From contig JAVKOQ020000006.1 in NCBI GenBank assembly GCA_031835245.2, forward strand, positions 62,001-126,000: 64,000 nt of DNA, given 5' to 3'. The translations under genes were made by a program, and so were the position numbers. Source of the stretch: Balamuthia mandrillaris. Its lineage: Eukaryota. This document shows, piece after piece, positions 43,436-57,621 of this stretch (its first letter is position 1; each line of letters opens with the position of its first letter). The notes beneath the pieces were generated by a model. The model had not been told where the DNA came from, did no database searches, and was given only the letters and a program-made list of their open reading frames with translations.

Positions 43436-46400
43436 TTATACAGAACTATTCGTATCAGCGCTATCAGTTTGGCTGTCCGTTGATGTCGTGGCCAAATTAA
43501 CACCCGAGGAGGTGCGCGTAGGCTCACTTCCTGAAGTAGACTTTGAGCTCTTATCACTGTCGCTGCTGTGTTGGCCCTTCCGCGGCACAGCCAAGAGGAA
43601 CAAGATCGTAAGCGAGGGAACGACCTCCACGACCAAAAGAATGAGAGCACCAAAGACAACATTGCGCCAGTCCGCAAGAGCCAACGTAAGCAAAAGTATT
43701 GATTGTAGTAAGAAGCAAATCGAGGCTCCAAGAGACACTACAAATAACTGTACGATGCGATGTGAGCAAAATTACAACAAGAATGAGTTGCAACAAATTT
43801 TTGTTAACGGACCTTAGTGCCCCGACGTTCACCTCTCCTTTTGGCCTTCTTTTTCAGGACTCGGAGACGGTGGTAAATCCTGCCGCCAAATATCAGGAAC
43901 AGAGCGCCAATAGTCAAAGCGATGGCGGCCAGCAACACTTTGTAAACTATGTTTACCACGTCTCGGGGTTGAGTATCTTCTAGGTTGTCCTCCTCTCTTC
44001 CTCCGCAGGTTGTTTCGGTGTTGAGGGGCAGAGTCTCATACAAGATTACAAAGAAAATCAAAACCCCGAGGAGAACAAGGTTGGCCGCACCCCACATCAG
44101 CTTGATCAAGCGAAGTATATCAGTTCTGGCACATCTAGCTCTTGCCAGAATTACCCTTTTTGTTGTATTAATAAAAGAAAAGTACGAAACAAGAGGCGAT
44201 AAGAAAACACACTGAAAGAAAGGGAGGGAGGAAGAAACGTACGCTAGGGATGTGATTACAACGGTCAGAGCAGCGAAAAAGAGCAAAATAGGTATTTCAG
44301 CTAGGAAAAACGATAGGGTGTCGTCTACGTCTACTTCGGCCGCGAGAACAAAGAAATAAATGCTCCTTACTACAGAGAGAAAGGGATTAGCAAAATGGAA
44401 AAAGAAGAACATAAACGAGTTATAAAAACTTACAGCAAGCAAACATAATCAAGAAAACGGGAGTTGCGTGAATGAACGCAATGCTATCTCGGTGAACATA
44501 GAAGAATAAAATTGAACTGAAAATAGCAACGCCCAGCAACACGAGATAGCTTATTGCCGCAAAGTACAGTACAGCCTTCTCGCCGCTGGAGAGCGAGAAA
44601 GAATCATCTTCATCTTCCCAGTCTGAAATCCTAAAGAGCGGGTAATATGTCCCATTGAACGTGCGCTCGAGAGAAGCGGCCTGAACCGTTGCGCACAGCT
44701 CATTACCAGTATGATTCACTTGGCGTAGACCAAGCGCAAGGACCTTGCCGTCTCGTACAATTCCGAGGTCGGGCTCTGCAAACTTTTCGTCGGTGGAGAG
44801 AAGTATATCCTTGCGGAGCTGAAAACAGAGAGTAAAGTGTTGAATCAAAGAATTTTTCCAAACGATCTTCATGCCATCACCCACGAGCCGTCCAACGATG
44901 CCTCCTTTTTGGTTGAAGACAGAGTTCCACTCTTGCACGTCTCTTTCAAAGTGGGTGAAAGCAGAAGAAAGCTTTCGTTTGGGCACCTTGCGGAAGACAG
45001 AGGCGGAGACGTCAAACGTTTCAAGGTCGACACAGTGGCCTGCCTTTTCAACTGAATCTACCGCCACTCTGACTGAATGAGGTGGACTCTAACAAGCGAC
45101 AAGCGGTATGCATGTTAGCAAAGAAAAAGTGAGACACTAATTTGGAATAATACTAACTGGAACAACTTGTTCTATGCCTTGACAAACTCTGCTAATTGCA
45201 TTCGGGGCCTCCTCTTCACCAAAGCATTGCTCTTCGTCGGTGCCGTTGTCAGTACAATCACAAGTGATGGCTTTCAGCGCGCGCAATCGTTTGGAGTACT
45301 TGCAGCGTGATTCTGTTTGTTGCTGCAGAGAGTAGAGCAAACGAGCGGCATCGGAAATGTCTTGCTCCAGCGCGCTGTAGTCGAATGAGGTCGTCCAAGT
45401 GTTCGAAATGAACTTCTTTTCACGCCAAACCGGTTGAATAATGTTTCCTTCGCGCCATTTTCCTGCTTTCCATACAAACCATGGGCGGTAGTTCCCGTTA
45501 CCGCAATTGCATTCTTCCTCATTCTATTTTCCAGATGAGAGTTTTGACTAAAGGTTGAAGCCACAAGAAGGAAGTGCACAAACCTTTCCCGTTAGAATCT
45601 TGTTAGATTCTCCAAGAGGAGGTCCACGGTTGAAGAGTGCATATGTGTTACTAACTTCCTCGCATACATGTCCGATTTGTAAACATGTTTCTGCGGAGTG
45701 TTGTCGTGCAAGATATTGGTAACCATATTCCTCGAAACTGCAGTTCGAAATTGCACAAGTCAAACAAAAAATAAAAACTAAATTGGACAACATTAGCAAC
45801 ATACCTGCGAAGACATTGGGAGGACGACAGGCTTCCACCAGATGCAGGCTCCACGATGCAGCCATAAGGCGTATACCGAAGCTCTACTTGAGCAGCGTTG
45901 CGTAGACCCACAGGAATGGTTGATGAACAAGCAGAGCTAAAGTACGGAGGCAAATTGGTGTTGATGCAGACTCCGCTGTGGTCTTGGAAGACCTGCTCGT
46001 CCAAACATCGGCCAGAAGTAGCTTCGCATTCCGCTTGGTCTTGGCATTCCCTAGATTGACCAGTCGAATTGTCCCAACAATACTCATCGCACCAGAAACA
46101 GTCCTGCGCCACACAGTTGAGTATGATCGCACAGAAATGACAAATAGAAGAAAAAACAAAGAAAGGGAAGAGGGTGGGAGGTAGAGAACTAAAGCGAAAA
46201 TTTAATGGTACCTCAGCACTTTCAACTGTTTTCCACTGTCCATTACCAAATACGCATACACGCTCATCCTCGCTTTCAGAACTCCACGCATTGCATTGCG
46301 TTGCGTTGAAGCCTAAGGTAACACAGCCACTCTGACCGTTCACGCAAGCAGCACAGAAGCTTTCGCTTTGAACGAAGCCGTCCATGCAGGATTCGTTGGT

Positions 46401-49400
46401 TGTCCTCTGTGCATCCCAATTGCAAAATCCTTGCTCAATACAAGCCTCTGAATCGGCCGCAACAAACGTCTACGAATGTAGTTGAAAAAAGTTCAGCTTT
46501 TCTTGCAATGCTATGCGCATCCGGAAAGATACTAACCCATTCACGTGGACAGGCTCCTGCCCCAAAGGCTTGGGTATAGGAACAAACGGGCGGAAGGCGG
46601 CACCTCTGTGAAAGACAAGCAAACTCCTCCGTGCAGTCGTCCTCACAGGATTCTTCAAACATCGTGCTCTGCTGGTAGTGCCAGCGGTTGCGGAGAGCAA
46701 GTGGTTCTGAATCACCTCCGATGAGCGGCCAAAGAGTCTGCGTTTCAGCCGGAGGTTCGCAATCCAGCGTCGCGTATGCAACCTTCAGGTGATCAGTGGT
46801 GACTTGGTCTGGTAGTCCACGCAAATCGCGGAGATGGTACAGCACGAAGGGGCTGACGGTGTCCAGAAAACAAGACAGAAAGCGGTTCAATGCTATTTCA
46901 GCCGATATTAAGCAATGACCGTTGGCGCAGGCAACAGAGCCGGGACAGTCGCTGGCGTGAGAACATGGGAATCCTTGAAGGTCCTCTCCAAAAGCATATG
47001 CAGTACAGTTTCTCCAAAAGTCGAAACTGGCTGTCGTGAAGGTGGCTCTGTCCGGAAAAAACCGCATAATGGAATCGCAATTGTCAAAGCTCGCTTCAGA
47101 ATCCGAAGCAAGTTCAGAAGCATAGTCTTCCAGAAAAGAGCGAGCGCATTCGGGGTGGTGGCAAGTTCCGGCAATCTGCTCCGGTGAAGGCGCAAAGAAT
47201 AGATCCACCGTTACCTGTCGTTGCGATTCCTGGCAGCACTGAAACCAAGCCTGGCCTTCGTAGCAGCAAGGGTCGGAAAGAAGTTGGTCTCGTACCTCGG
47301 TGAAGTGAACCACATCCGAGTTGTTGGGTTGGTAAAAGGCCAAATGGTTGTCAAACGCTTCAATATAGTTCGGTAAAGTACAGTTTTGACTGCGAAAGAC
47401 TTGGTTTGATCCCGTGGAGAGAAGCGACTCAGCGAAGGAGGAGCAGGCCAACCAGTCATCCGAGAAAGCCACCGTGTCGAGCCTAAATCGCAGCGTTTCC
47501 ATCTCATCCGAAGATGTTGAACGTTTCATCTGGTCCAAAATTGAAGTGACTTCGTTAGAAAGGAGTTGAAATCTGGAATGATCGCACTTCAAAGCCTTCT
47601 CTTCGCACGAGGAAAGTGGCACAGAAAGAACATCCAAAGGACCGCCGGAGGCCTTCACCAATCTGGATAGCCCAGAGGCAGCAAAGCTCACGGAACAGTC
47701 CCTTAAGGCTTCCTCTTTTGAAAGGGTCACAGTTTGCCACTGCGTTCCGGTAGACAAGTTGGTGTAGTTCAGCGTAATCATCGCGCTGTACTGTCCTGCC
47801 AAAGTCTCTGACTCCACAAACCTGTTTCGTAAATGTCGCGATCAGCACCAAGAAGAAAAGCAGAAGTAAAACACGAAAAAAACCAGCAAACCAAGCATAC
47901 TTAAGAGAGCGGTGGGAAGGATTCTCTTTCCATAGAATACTAGGAAGAGGCCATAGCCAACCGTGCTCATGAGGCACTCGAATATTCCAAGCCGTGCAAA
48001 CACCATAGCGACCTTCCTCTCCTCGTTCGACATAGCTCTGATAGCAATAGTAGTTTTGCTGCGGGCAGGACAAATGAGAGCTGCCGAGCAACTTGCCTAA
48101 TCCCGAGAAGGACTGAAGGTCCGAAGTTGGAATGGTACGAAAACGGGTAGGATCGGATTCAGCTGTCACGCTCATGGAAGTGGTCATAAACCTTGTCCAC
48201 AAAGTGATGTACACAGTGACGTTCTCTGTTTGCTCAGGGCAGAAGGAGAGCGCAACGCGGTGGTCGTCGTAGAGGAGAAAAGCCTCCTCTGCATTCCATG
48301 GCGGACTGGTGTAGGGTAGTTTGCTGTTGTAGGGTCCCACATCGGGAGAGTCTTGCTTGTACGATATCCAGGCGAAGACAGGGTTGCCACCGTCAAACAC
48401 GGAGAGAGAGAAGAAGGTGGGACAGCCCAAGTGTTCGCGCGGAACTTCATACTCCAACGTGCGGAGAAGACCGGCTCCGTTACTAAGCACTCGGGTACAT
48501 CCAGGCCAAAGCTTGTTCCAAGTAGAAGGAAATACAGGAGTAGGACAAGCTTCTAGTCTGGGACGTGGCGGATCTAAAGGAGGAGAAGGAGGAGGAGAAG
48601 AGGAAGAAGAAGAAGAAGAAGAAGGAGGAGAAGGAGGAGGAGAAGAGGAACAAGAAGAAGAAGAACAAGAAGAAGAACAGAAGAAGAAGAAGAACGAAGA
48701 AGAAGAAGAAGAAGAAGAAGAACAAGAAGAACAAGAAGAAGAAGAAGAACAAGAAGAAGAAGAAGAAGAAGAAGAAGAAGAAGAAGAAGAACAAGAAGAA
48801 GAAGAAGAAGAAGAAGAAGAACGAAGAAGAAGAAGAGCAAGAAGAAGAAGAGCAAGAAGAAGAAGAGCAAGAAGAACAAGAACAAGAACAAGAACAAGAG
48901 GAAGAAAGAACAAGAAGAACAAGAACAAGTCAATAAGTTACAAAAACTGGAATATCGAGAAGAAGAGGCTAACAGGAGTGTAAAAGAAAGCGTACCTATT
49001 TCTTCCACAGACAAAGTGTACTCAGCCGGACCCACCTCTTTGTTGCGAACCGCCACGAACCAAGTTCCTACTTGGAGGGAAGCAATGTTCGACGGGCACA
49101 AGAAAAACGTATTTTGGAAGGGCTTGTCCAGCCGCCAGGCCGAGGAGGGAGATGGAGTTCGTGTGATAGAAAACTCTGGCCAACCGGACCGAGCCAGGAG
49201 CGACACCTTCACCGTGGCGCACTTGTTCGGCACCACAAAGCGATAGAACTTGGTCTCTTGGTGGGTGAGGACGCCGTGGTGGATGTCGCCCAGCAATAGC
49301 CGCTCCCACTCCCCGTCATCGCTGCACCAGTCCCTCTCTGGGCAGAGGCAGTCGCCACCAACCGGGGAGCCACAGCGGGCGCCCTTTTGGCTGTAGTCGC

Positions 49401-49613
49401 ACCAGCACCCGGCGGAGGGCGAGCCCGGAGGGTCCTCCTCCTGACAGGTGAAGCTCGGGCAGTCGTCCTTGCTTTCCAAGAGGTACACCTCCTCCGCCCA
49501 ATCGAATTCGAAGGTCAAGGCGGCCACAGCGCCGGCAGAGGTGGTGGCTTGGCGTTTCTGCCAAATAGTATTTGCATCAATAACAAACAAAAAAAAAAAG
49601 AAAAAGAGAAAAG

Positions 49614-49644
<31 letters not shown>

Positions 49645-49870
49645 AGAAAGAAAAAGAAGAAAAGGAAAGAAAAAAAGAACGAAAGAAAAAGAAGAAGGGG
49701 AAAGAAACAACAAGTACAAAAAAAAGAATGAAATTAAAAAACAATGGTGGTATGAAATGACGAACCTTCCAATGACAAGAAGGGTCATTTGCTTCGGTGG
49801 TTATAATGCACAGGCAAAGTACAAAAGCAAGCACAGCAGCGGTGCAGAGCAGCGTAGTCAAAGGCGTCAT
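43436..49870 (-). CDS. Very large Cys-rich ectodomain with C-terminal THH1/TOM1/GPR137-like 7TM region, multi-exon
   Basis: Signal peptide MTPLTTLLCTAAVLAFVL. PPC-like modules (KFYRFVVP...VKVSL...GTWFVAV...YTLSV) and many Cys-rich modules. TM helices include VRSIYFFVL, FFLAEIPILLFF, ALFLIFGGRIYHRL and LVVEVVPSL. Ser/Thr-rich tail. Confidence 0.75.
48577..48930. repeat. (GAA)n/(GGA)n microsatellite in a receptor intron
   Basis: About 350 bp trinucleotide repeat. Confidence 0.93.
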
Positions 49871-50122
49871 CGTTCGTTTCGCCGCACTTGATTGATATTC
49901 ACTGAGAGAACTCTTCAGAATGATTGATGTTCGGCATAACATAACAGTAAAAAAGGGTGTCCATTCAATGAACTTACCAAAAACAGGAAACCCATTCACT
50001 GGTAACGCTTTTCTGTTTTTCAGCAAACAGACAAGCAAGACAAACTACAAACAAAGCAAAACATCTTTCGGGGGCCGCTGCAAGCTTGCAACATCGTGGG
50101 ACAAACGTTGATGTTGCAAAAG

Positions 50123-51049
50123 ATGAACATACCATGTTTTTGCTTTGTTCTCTCCATATTGCTCGTTGGAACTCGGGGCTCCCAATCCTGCGCTCTGCCT
50201 CCCGAGGGGGAGGGCGTCTGCGCCTTTCCGCCAAACTATCGCGTCCGAGAGCCAGATGCATGTACAGAAAACTACGAAAAACCCTGTTGTGCCAGAGCTC
50301 ACCGCGGCGTCAACGAAAGCGTCGGGTTTGTGTGTGACACAAGGAGCTTTGCCTGTTACGTCGCAGCGGCAAGACTATTCTGCTCTCAAGGATGTCCCGC
50401 CTGCACCAACGGTGATGAACCGTTGCCGCCATGTCATTACCTGTGCCAGGCAGTGATCGAGGAGTGCGGGTTTCTGCGGCGTTGCTTCGCAGGGCTGCCA
50501 GAACCTATGCCCTGTGCTGCCGCTAACGAGGAGAGGTGCTCCGCTGTGGACGTGAAGCCACACCTCGTTGCCTTTGATCCTTCCAAAACCTTGCGCCGCC
50601 TGGAGTTCATGGAGATGCAAGCTCGACGAGGGCAGTCGGAATACGTTGGAGATGATACCTTCGTGTTGACGCCACGAAACCTCGGCCACCGCTCCTCTTT
50701 TCTTTTCAAGTATCCTTTGGAGCTCAAACCCAGCTGGGCCGTCGGTTTCCAAGTTAGCTTCGAGGCTCGCCAGTTGGCTGACAGCCCTGGATCTCAAATT
50801 TGGACGGCACGCATGTGGGACTTCACCTTGTCTCAGTACACGTTTCTCGATTTCATCAAGCCCACAAGTGAGTGGAAGCGGATGACGTTTGATGTGCCAC
50901 CCGTGGGGTTGCCCTTTCCCTATGTTCCGTACTCCTTTGCTACCGGCGAGGGGTGGCGCGCCACTGAAGTGGAGTTCAGGGGCAAAGACGCAGCTGAAAT
51001 TGAGATAAGAAAAATAAGTGTAGAAATACTTGTCGATACTAGTTATTAA
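50123..51049 (+). CDS. Intronless secreted protein with a Frizzled/CRD-like Cys domain and a beta-rich C-terminal domain
   Basis: Signal peptide, then LFCSQGCPAC...LPPCHYLCQAVIEEC...PCAAANEERCSA. Cys spacing and C-terminal pattern match the 41688-43008 gene. Confidence 0.8.
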   Translation: MNIPCFCFVLSILLVGTRGSQSCALPPEGEGVCAFPPNYRVREPDACTENYEKPCCARAHRGVNESVGFVCDTRSFACYVAAARLFCSQGCPACTNGDEPLPPCHYLCQAVIEECGFLRRCFAGLPEPMPCAAANEERCSAVDVKPHLVAFDPSKTLRRLEFMEMQARRGQSEYVGDDTFVLTPRNLGHRSSFLFKYPLELKPSWAVGFQVSFEARQLADSPGSQIWTARMWDFTLSQYTFLDFIKPTSEWKRMTFDVPPVGLPFPYVPYSFATGEGWRATEVEFRGKDAAEIEIRKISVEILVDTSY

Positions 51050-51133
51050 TGTAGAAGTAAAGAATAGAAAGAAAGAAAAAAGCAACAAAAGAGCTGAACG
51101 CAACTATTTTAATTCAACTGTAGCCGAGATGTT

Positions 51134-52747
51134 TCAGCAGGAATTGTTGAAGGTGGCAGTGAAATTGGCCAAAGCTCTACATTCTGTTGCAAAATTGTGG
51201 ACTAGCTCTTGAAACCGTTTTCGATTCTTTGTACTGGTGCAGCGCATTCAAAAAAAAGTACAGAAATAAAAGAAACTCAATCACAACTGATTCCCGAAAG
51301 GGAAAAGGAGAAGAGAGAAACCAGCAAAAAAAAAAAAAAAAAAGAAAAGGAAAGGAAAACGAACCTCATAACTGCCCTCAAGAACCTAGATTTCTTTTCT
51401 GCTGTAACAGCTGCAGACGGAAAAGTGGAAGAAGTTGCTTCCTTAAACATCAATTGGTCCATCCAATGCCGCGCTGCCTGTGGGTCCGCGTTAATTAACG
51501 CAAATAATAACTTTGAGACTTGTGGCATCATAGACCGAGGTAACTCTCCTCCTATACACTATATGAATGGAATGATTTTATAACAGGAGGAGAGTTACAC
51601 CAAAGTAATGAAAAGGAGGTTTAAAAAACAAAAAACAAAAACTGAATCAATAACTAACCTGCAACAAAACTCGAACAAGAGAACCACAATGCCGAGAGAG
51701 AAGGTCAGTTCTATGAGCGGTCAATGCAGGGAAGCGATCTTCGGAGAGAATAGTGGCGAGGATGGAAAAGGCGCTGCGAGCGGCAGGAGGCTCTTTGAAG
51801 GTGAGAGAGGCCATGGCCGCCACGAAGATGCCGTCCATCAATTCGGGAGAGAGAAACTGAACGTAGTGTTGAATGTGCTTTTTGCAATATTAAAAAACGA
51901 TATAATGACAACAAAAAACAACTCAATGACGAAAAAAAAAGAGAAAGAGAAGGAAAGTAATGAGTACCCGAGGAGCTACATCTCCAAACAAAGTTTGCAC
52001 TAGCAATGGATGACCATAAAAATCCCGTTGCAACAAAGCAAAAGTGGAGAGAGCAGCTTCTGAGAAGCACATCGCCACCGACCTCCTCTCCTCCTCCGTT
52101 CCATCCATGAAAGCAGTTGCGGCAGTTCCCAACAGAGATAAATAAGCAGGTTGGGGTTGTTGTTGGAACCAGGAAAGAATTAAGGGAAGTAACGAAGGAA
52201 GAAAAGGGGCGAGGTGGCAACGGAGTGAGAGCATCGCCGCTTTGAGCATTTGACACACGGCTTCAGCGACGGATTCCAAATGCTCGCTATGAAGAGAGTT
52301 TGAGGTTTGTTTTTGGTGTTTGTGGAGAGAGTCGATGCACTGGTAGAGAAGGGGCAGCAAGGAAGAGACGGGGAGCAAAAGAGGGGAAGAGGAGGAAGGC
52401 GAAGAACAAAGGAAGTGGGAGGTTTCAATGGTTGTGCTAGTGGTGAAAGTGCGACAGAAGGCGGCGCCTATGGAAAGGGAGTCCACCAGTGACGCCGTTG
52501 AAGAAACCTAGTCTCATATTGTTACTTTTGTGAAGAGACACAGTAAAAAGAGAAACAAAAATATGAACAGACGTACATCAGACGAAAAACTTTGAACAGC
52601 AGATTTCAGCTGCTGATAAATAGGAGCAAGTATATTTTCAAGATGTTTTACGGCTTCGGTGGAAGGTAACGTATTTACAATGTGAAGGAGGGCTTCTACA
52701 AAAGCACATTTGGCTTTTGTCTGAAAGCAAGGGTGGATTAGTTGTTC

Positions 52748-52789
<42 letters not shown>

Positions 52790-53821
52790 GAAGTACAGTG
52801 AGCGCTGAAAAAGCTTTTTGATAGGCCAACAGCATTTGGGGCAACAAGCCATGCAATGAAGAGGCGCAGAGGCTGCACACTCGATTCAGCGAAACCAAAG
52901 CCAACTCGCTTAAAAAGGCATCATTCACAGCATTCACCAACAGGCCAACACTTCGCTCCAACAATTCGTTGTTATGACGACCTACCTCTTGCAGCCACTC
53001 TTCGTAGTTTCCTATCTGTACAACAAAAAGACAAAAGAAACACAAAAGTTATTCACAATGAAGAGTTAAAAACAAATAAATCACTTGAGGGACGTACGAG
53101 GCGAATGACTGTTTCGGAGAGAAAGCGAGAAAAATGGAGAGGCAACACAAACAATAAAGAAAACAACTTTGGAAGATAACATGACTCTGAAGCAGCCACA
53201 TTCTCTGCAATAGAACAAATGCCAAAGAGTGAAGCTTCTATGGCAGCTAAATAGGCCGATATCGCCATTCCGTGTTCGTTCTTTTCTTTCTCTTTAGTTC
53301 CAACGCTGGAAGCTGCTGCAGCCACTTGATCTTCCAACAAAGCGACAATTACTGCGAGCATTTGCTCGTCCAGCAGGTAATGAATGCAAAGCAGAGTATC
53401 TGCTGCTTCGCCACGAAAATTATAGAACGCCGTTCTCTCATCTGCAAACATCGTAAGCAAAAGGAGAAAAGACAGAAAGAAAGAAACAAAAAGGGGGAGA
53501 AGAGAAATGAACCATTGTCTAAGGAACGGTCAGCCGGAATGACAACTCGGGAGAGCAACACTTTGGTGAGTTGAACAAAAAAGGGGGCGAAGGTTTGCTT
53601 CACGTTTTGCTCTGATGCATCACGCACAGCCTCTTCCAAGTCATACCAAAAGCTAAGCGTTTGTTGTGCAACTTCAAAGTTGGGGTGTTCAAGACATAAC
53701 AGCAGCATCTCCAAAAGGGTCAACCCATGTGATCCGCATGTAAGGAGATACGATGTGAAGTTTTCTCCAAATGTGACTAATAGTTCACAAAAGCTACGAC
53801 ATATATCTTCGTCCTCTTTTT

Positions 53822-53865
<44 letters not shown>

Positions 53866-55309
53866 GGGAGGGAGGGAGGGAGGGAGAGAGGAACTGCAAG
53901 TTAGAGAGCAGAACCAAACATAGCGAAACAAATCAACATAAGCGTACCTTGTTCAACAGCAACCATATAAATAGATTGCAAAGATACCAAGCCCTCAGTA
54001 AAGAGACCCAAAGCTGAAGGATACTTGCTTAACGAGGGTAGACTCAATGCTCCGTTCAATGCCTCTATTCCTCTCTTTAAAGCAACCTGCGTCTTGAGGT
54101 CTCTTGCAGCCTGCATTCGTGAAAGCGCCAGAAAGGTTTTGGGCAGCAGATTGCTTTCCAGCACTTCACTATATTGTAGAAGGGAATCAGCGAAGCAAGG
54201 AAAGAACGAACAACAATAAGAATGTACCTGACCGAAATTCCATAAGAGAACCAGCTGGAAAGGCAAGCCATGCTTTGTTCGGTCAAAACAGCAACTCGAG
54301 TAGTAGAAGCCGTATCACTTTCATCGCCACCATAGTGATGAGCACTCAGATCCAATAAACTGCCTAAAACACGCAACAGGTGTGGCAGCTCTTTGCCCAA
54401 TGTTGCGTTCATGGCTGTAGTTTCTTGTGTTGTCAACGTGGATGATGACTGTATCTCTTCTGGCAACAGCTTAACTGTATGCATCATCAATACATACGAT
54501 GAGGCCTGACCTCAATTAAAAAACAATAAGGTCACACGAGATAGAAAAAGAAACAACAACAAACCACAAAAGAATAACCAAAGAAAAACGGATAACAAGA
54601 ACAAACAAACAGAAGAGAGAGACCTATTTCCAAGAATGCTTGCAGCGCGCTGAATCGCTCATTGTCCGTTACCAAGTGAGGCGAGAGTGCAATCGCTTGG
54701 TGTCCATTCTCCTCTTCTCCTTGCGCTGCCATGAAGCAAGGAGCGGTCAAGGAGAGAAGGTCCGCAAGAAAAGAGGGCCACTGGCCAGCAGGAACCATTC
54801 TCAGAGCCGTCCCCACAAAGCACTGGCACAACTTTGCGAAAATGGGCTTGTGCTGTTGTTGACCGCTTGCATAGGAACAGATGCCTCGCATAAGGGATTG
54901 GAGGAACGTGGAGCGGGCGTGTTCGGGCAGCTGAGGCCATTGCTTTTGAACCTTTTGGAAGAGCGTCATTGCACCAAAGAGCTGAACTTCAGTAGCATAC
55001 TTTTTTTTTGTGAGTGAGGAAAAGCGACGGACAGCAAGAGGGAGGGAAAAAAAGCAAAAAAAACCTGGTGATCAAGCAGAAAGAAACTGAGTTCCCAAGC
55101 CTCTGGCGCACGCTGCAGCTTCAGCAGCCATTCATGGGCTTGTTTTCGTTTGTTTGGGTCTTCGGCCGATCCCCCATAAAACGCAACCAAAGCCTTAAAA
55201 AGAAGGATTTTTTTCCTATCAGTTCCGTGTTGTGTTGTTTTTTCTTTTCCCTAAATACCTGTTGCACATGCTCAAGGGTAGGCGGCGGTTGCAGCGGCGT
55301 GCCTTCCAT
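51134..55309 (-). CDS. Importin-13/transportin-SR family karyopherin, multi-exon
   Basis: ALVAFY...QAHEWLLKLQRAPEAW...EVQLFGAMTL, LSFWYDL, FYNFRGEAADTL, IEASLFGICSIAE, C-terminal RKRFQELVHNFATECR. Confidence 0.85.
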
Positions 55310-55945
55310 CTCTGGCTCCTCTCTGCCTCTCTCTTCTTTTTTGCGTCTTGGGTAATATTTGCGGACATAAGGTGGTGCACAAGGATCGCCAGCAACTGCT
55401 GTCCAAGGCTCCTCCGTTCCGCCGCGTGGTAGGACCCTTGAAAGGCGGTTCCTCTGTTGCGCTGAGCGGTGTGGTTTGATGGACATGAGCCAAGACAAGG
55501 GAGTAGATAGGAGAACGGAAACATTTTTTGCATTTTTGTCGATTTTGTGGACAGCCACGTCACGTATGTCTACAAGAATGGACGAAAAGAGAATGCAAGA
55601 AGAGAACCATCCTCAAAAGGACAGGCCCCACTCTTCCCTTATGGCCTCTGTATGTTCAGGACATTTCCTCCCATAAAATAGGTTGGGATCGTGTCAGCAA
55701 GAGGGAAGCAAATGAAAAAAATAGTGGTGGGATCTTTTTTTTACAGCGAAGAAACGATAAAAGAAAAAAGAGAGAAAGAGAGGAAGAGGCGCTTCACCAA
55801 CAGTAACAGAAGAGAAAGCAGACAAGGGGAGAGACGATGCTCACACACATACGCACAAAGACAGACACTTATAATGTTGCACACATATTCCTCTTACCAC
55901 ATGGTTACATTTTATTCTTAAAATTATCCTTTTCTTTCTGCATCG

Positions 55946-57621
55946 TTAAATGGAGTCATCAGCAGCACCTTCCGAGTGTTGCAGGATGGGTCTCGTCTCC
56001 TCCATCTGAACCTTTCCTTTGCTCTTGTACTTGTTGAACAGCCCAAAACGATCCATGAGGTAAATGAGCTCCACGAAGAGGGCCAGCAAGACCGCCGCTC
56101 CGATGAACACCCCAAAGAGGACAAAGAACGGCGCGTTGGCTCCGTACTGGTGCAATCCCAAAAACACCGCCACTAGTCCCATCACCCATGTGAGCCTGCC
56201 AAGCCAATCTTGTGTTTGATGAATATGACCATGAGTGAACATGTCTAGAAAGAAAGGAACAAGCAGACAAAAAAACAGAACGCAGACACCATGAAAACAA
56301 CAAACGTACAATGGAAGCGATTGGGAAAGACACGAGGAGACTTGCGGGTAGGATCCCTCCAAATATGAGCCCACAGGCCCAAGGCCGGCACCACCAGGCA
56401 GGTCATCAGCAACGTGGCCAGTCCGAAGCGGGCATGCACGTTGTCAAAGTGATGGCCAGAGCCATGGTTCTGCACCGTGGCTACGATCACGGCCAGGCCG
56501 CTGATGGCCAGAATCAAGGCCATCAACTGGGTGAAGGCGTGCAGGAAGAACCAGTACCAGGCGGGGCGGTGGTAGCGCGCCACAAAGACGCCAAAGGTAA
56601 GCAGAACGCCAAAGGCCAACGTCATGACAGCGCCATGGTATTGCTTCAAGATTTCCTGTTTCATTTCATTTTTGTTGAAACCAAAGAACAGAGAAAGAGA
56701 GAATAAGAATCCAAGCTTCTATGAAGCAGAAGAAGAAAACTGCAAAAAGAAGAAAGAAAGCGGAGGGGAAATACGAACCGCATTGGTGGTGGACTCCGAA
56801 GACGCGCCAGTGAAGAAGTTCACCAAGATCTGCTTGGCCTTGGCATGGAAGCCAAAGTTGTTGGACCTTCCGATAGCAGCCACAACCTTCATCTCTCCCG
56901 GCGTGATGGGATGGTCGGCCTTGTCTCCCGTGTTGAGCTTTCTGGTGAAGCGAGCCACCGTGATAGTGGAGGGGGAGGCGGAGGAGGCGGAGGAGATCTG
57001 CGCTCCGTAGGGCGATAGGATGTTGTCCACTCCGCCGATGGTGGTGTCGAGCACCGGTGCGGTGAAGCCTTTGTTGTTGGCGTTGGCGTAGCGGTCTGTT
57101 ATGTTTACCTACACGATTAAGCAACAGCACAGGAGAAAGCCAAACATCAGCAGAGCTCACGCCGCAGAAGATCAAGGAGGAGAAGAAGGAAAGAGAAGGA
57201 AGAAGGAAGAAAGAGAGGAAGGCAGAAGAAGCGAAGCGAAGTTAAAAAAGCATACATGGGTACTGTCATTGAAGGTGCAGACCACAAAGTCAGCGTTGGT
57301 CATGGCGTCATCCGAAGAGCCAACGGCATGCCAGCCCACTGCGACCCACACTCCCCCCGGTTGCTCCACGTTCAGCTCAAAGGTGATCTCTTCTGCCGCC
57401 TCATCGATGCCCCACGAGAGAGAGTAACCAGCAAATGGAACCGTTGTGAACTGCAAATCCGCCGCTGCAAGGAAAAGGTGAGAAGAAATGAAAAGCAAGA
57501 GGAGAGAGCCAGAGATGAAAGAGCCAGAGGAGAGAAACGTACCACTCGATAAAGTGGCAGCGAAAAGTACAAGCGAGCAGACAAGCAGCAGCAGAGCGTT
57601 TTGATGCCGTATCACGGCCAT
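55946..57621 (-). CDS. DOMON plus cytochrome b561 (ferric-chelate reductase-like) membrane protein, multi-exon
   Basis: Signal peptide. DOMON: WVAVGW...MTNADFVV...RFTRKLNTGDKAD. b561 His ligands: YHGAVMTLAFG, WFFLHAFTQ, NVHARFGL, RFH|DWLGRL. Confidence 0.88.
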
